Assembly: GCF_052425735.1 (NCBI RefSeq) | Contig: NC_135761.1 | Span: 33,914,001-33,978,000 of the forward strand | Direction: 5' to 3' | DNA length: 64,000 bases | DNA from: Oculina patagonica | Taxonomy: Eukaryota | In this document: one piece after another, positions 62,141-64,000 of the stretch | Position numbering within the stretch: position 1 is the first letter of the stretch | Layout: every line of letters starts with the position of its first letter | Position numbers and translations under genes: made by a program | The notes under the pieces: generated by a model | The model's database searches: none | What the model saw: the letters and a program-made list of their open reading frames with translations, nothing else | What the model was told of the DNA's origin: nothing

Positions 62141-62961
62141 GTGAACATGGATATTTACAAATTGGCTACAAACCCCTCCACATAGGCTAAAGTTGACCAA
62201 ACCATTTGTTATTACTGCTTCTAAACCTACAGTTCTAAGCACGTTGGGAGCTATTTCTGAGCCCTATTCAACTGAAATATAATATGATAATTTTCAGTCC
62301 AGCATGGAAGTCACGCATGGCTTTCTGCGCAACTTTCCTTCCTGGAAACATCATCCTAACAGCCCAAGCTTTGAACCGGTGCCTCAGAAGACTAGCAGTA
62401 TCCAACATGGCCTGGTGTAAATTACTCTCGTCTTCTGAACTTAAGGTGCCAAGGTACAAGTTATCGCAGAAATGACTGAAATAGTGAGCAATGCTTTGAA
62501 AATATGAAAAGTAAAACTTTTCCTTTACAAATATTATGATTGAAATTACTGGTAACTGCGTTAATGTTTTCCAGCATATCAAGCTTTTTGTAGAACTGTA
62601 ATGGAGATTTTTAAGTTTGGCCCACATCAAGGGCTTGTTCCACAAACTGACTAGTTCTTCATTTACTTGAAGATGCGCGCTCTTAAGGATTTTTCTAAAA
62701 TTTTGTTAATAGCATTTTAATCATATCAAAACATGAATACCAAGAATCAATCTTGATTTCAAAAGAATCAGTTTTTTGAAGAAACACTTCTACAGTTTTT
62801 CGACAAGGGAATTGTGTTCGGTAGGAAAAATCAGTCTATTTGTTGTAAATGGGACAAAATACAGCCAAAAAATCGGATTTAGAAGCTAATTTAGCTAAAG
62901 CAGTTGCAGGAATTTTACGCCAAAGTTCAATCGGAAAATGTAAGTTTGTAAAGTATTATTA

Positions 62962-63713
62962 CGGACCTTTAGATCCACGTTTACGGCGAACCTCTAACCG
63001 CAGTTTGACGTTAGAAGTTTGCGGTTTGCCGTTAGCGCATTTCTTGATTTAGATTCAAGTTCAGTTTGCATCCTCTCCCTTCACGCTGCATTTCCTTTTT
63101 ATCAGTGGAAAACGCTTCACTGAGTCGTTTAGCTATATCTTCCCATTCACTTTCGTTCTCTGGGAAGTGTTTTGCGACATCGAGGGCCAGCGCAAGGTCG
63201 TGCCGTGTTTCCGGCCAACGAAATGGTGGAGCAATGTTTTTCTCAAAGTTTAAAATCATGACTTATAAGATAACATTCTCGCCCATGTATCAAAAATAAT
63301 CAACGTTAGACAATACGGATGAAAAATCTTTTTGTAGAACACAAATGCCTGACAGACGACCGAGAGGAGCTAAATGCTACAAAGGCTTGCTTTCACTCAG
63401 AGCGGCCGCCATATTGAATTTACAAACATGTGCAGTGTTGGTTTGCAATCGTCAACAAAAAGCTTCATATTTGTCCTTTTCCACAAAATTACAACTTAAC
63501 TGTTAGAAAAAGACTTGCCCCACATAACTTTAATATCTGTACGTGACACAAACATATATTTCAGGCTAAAAAATCTTCAGGTAAATCACTCACGTGAAAA
63601 CCTACCTCTTGCCGTTGAAAACATGCGTTGAAAACCTCAAACGTGACCTCGGGGCCTGGTCACGTGTTTTCTAGACGTTCGCGGTTTGCGGTAAACGTGA
63701 ATCTAAAGGTCTC
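62962..63713 (-). mobile_element. PIF/Harbinger-derived element with a Myb/SANT-like fragment
   Basis: Imperfect TIRs ggacctttagatccacgtttac / gtaaacgtgaatctaaaggtc. ORF 63032..63259 reads FRWP..RHDLALALDV....P.....WEDIAKRL...GRGCK (Myb-like). The TSD is not clean (TTA vs TAG). Confidence 0.6.
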
Positions 63714-64000
63714 TAGTATCCATGAATCAACCCATTGCTCATTATTTTAGAGACACTGCAGCTAGCTCTTTTATACTACAACTACACAATAAGAAATAAG
63801 CCTCAGAAGCATCGTGTATAATTTTCATTGCGACGAAGTACTTGTGTTATTTGAATTGAAAATCACGATGCTCACTTCCTTAAACTAAATGTGTTACCTA
63901 TCTGAATGTTATTTGGCCTTGTTTATTGATAATAATGATAATAAGATGAACTTTGTTGGGGGGAATATTGTTTATTTGCGCCCGCGTAGAAGCGCTGGCG

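Noticed and set aside
62268-62645. Harbinger nuclease C-terminal fragment
   Set aside because: There is only vague resemblance and no catalytic motif is visible, so it is not supportable without a search.

Overview
This is AT-rich, intron-containing animal DNA made almost entirely of nested and decayed transposable elements. The repeat types suggest a cnidarian such as a stony coral (inference). I found no clear single-copy host gene, rRNA, tRNA gene or CRISPR array. The main object is a complete 10,982-bp DNA transposon at 13231-24212. It has 483-bp near-perfect terminal inverted repeats (TIRs, termini TAT...ATA) and a 6-bp target-site duplication (TSD) TTAACA. It carries two convergent spliced genes, each starting just inside a TIR. 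One is an IS3/integrase-like DDE transposase (IS3EU-type; 3 exons, one 1-bp frameshift). The other is an intact 9-exon, ~815-aa HECT E3 ubiquitin ligase with a UBZ-like zinc finger, a CUE domain, the catalytic Cys and the -4 Phe. The inner TIR edges carry mirrored E2F-type sites, and the two genes share a short region with facing poly(A) signals. Elsewhere: a tandem array interrupted by a Gypsy element with identical 131-bp LTRs, itself interrupted by an L1/Tx1 LINE fused in frame to the integrase; a hairpin-ended element holding a Pif1-helicase fragment; a pogo remnant with PHD and HIRAN modules; and remnants of Crypton, Kolobok-like, MULE, hAT, BEL, Penelope, DIRS, Harbinger, piggyBac and SINE elements. 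All family and domain calls come from motif recognition by eye; no database search was run.
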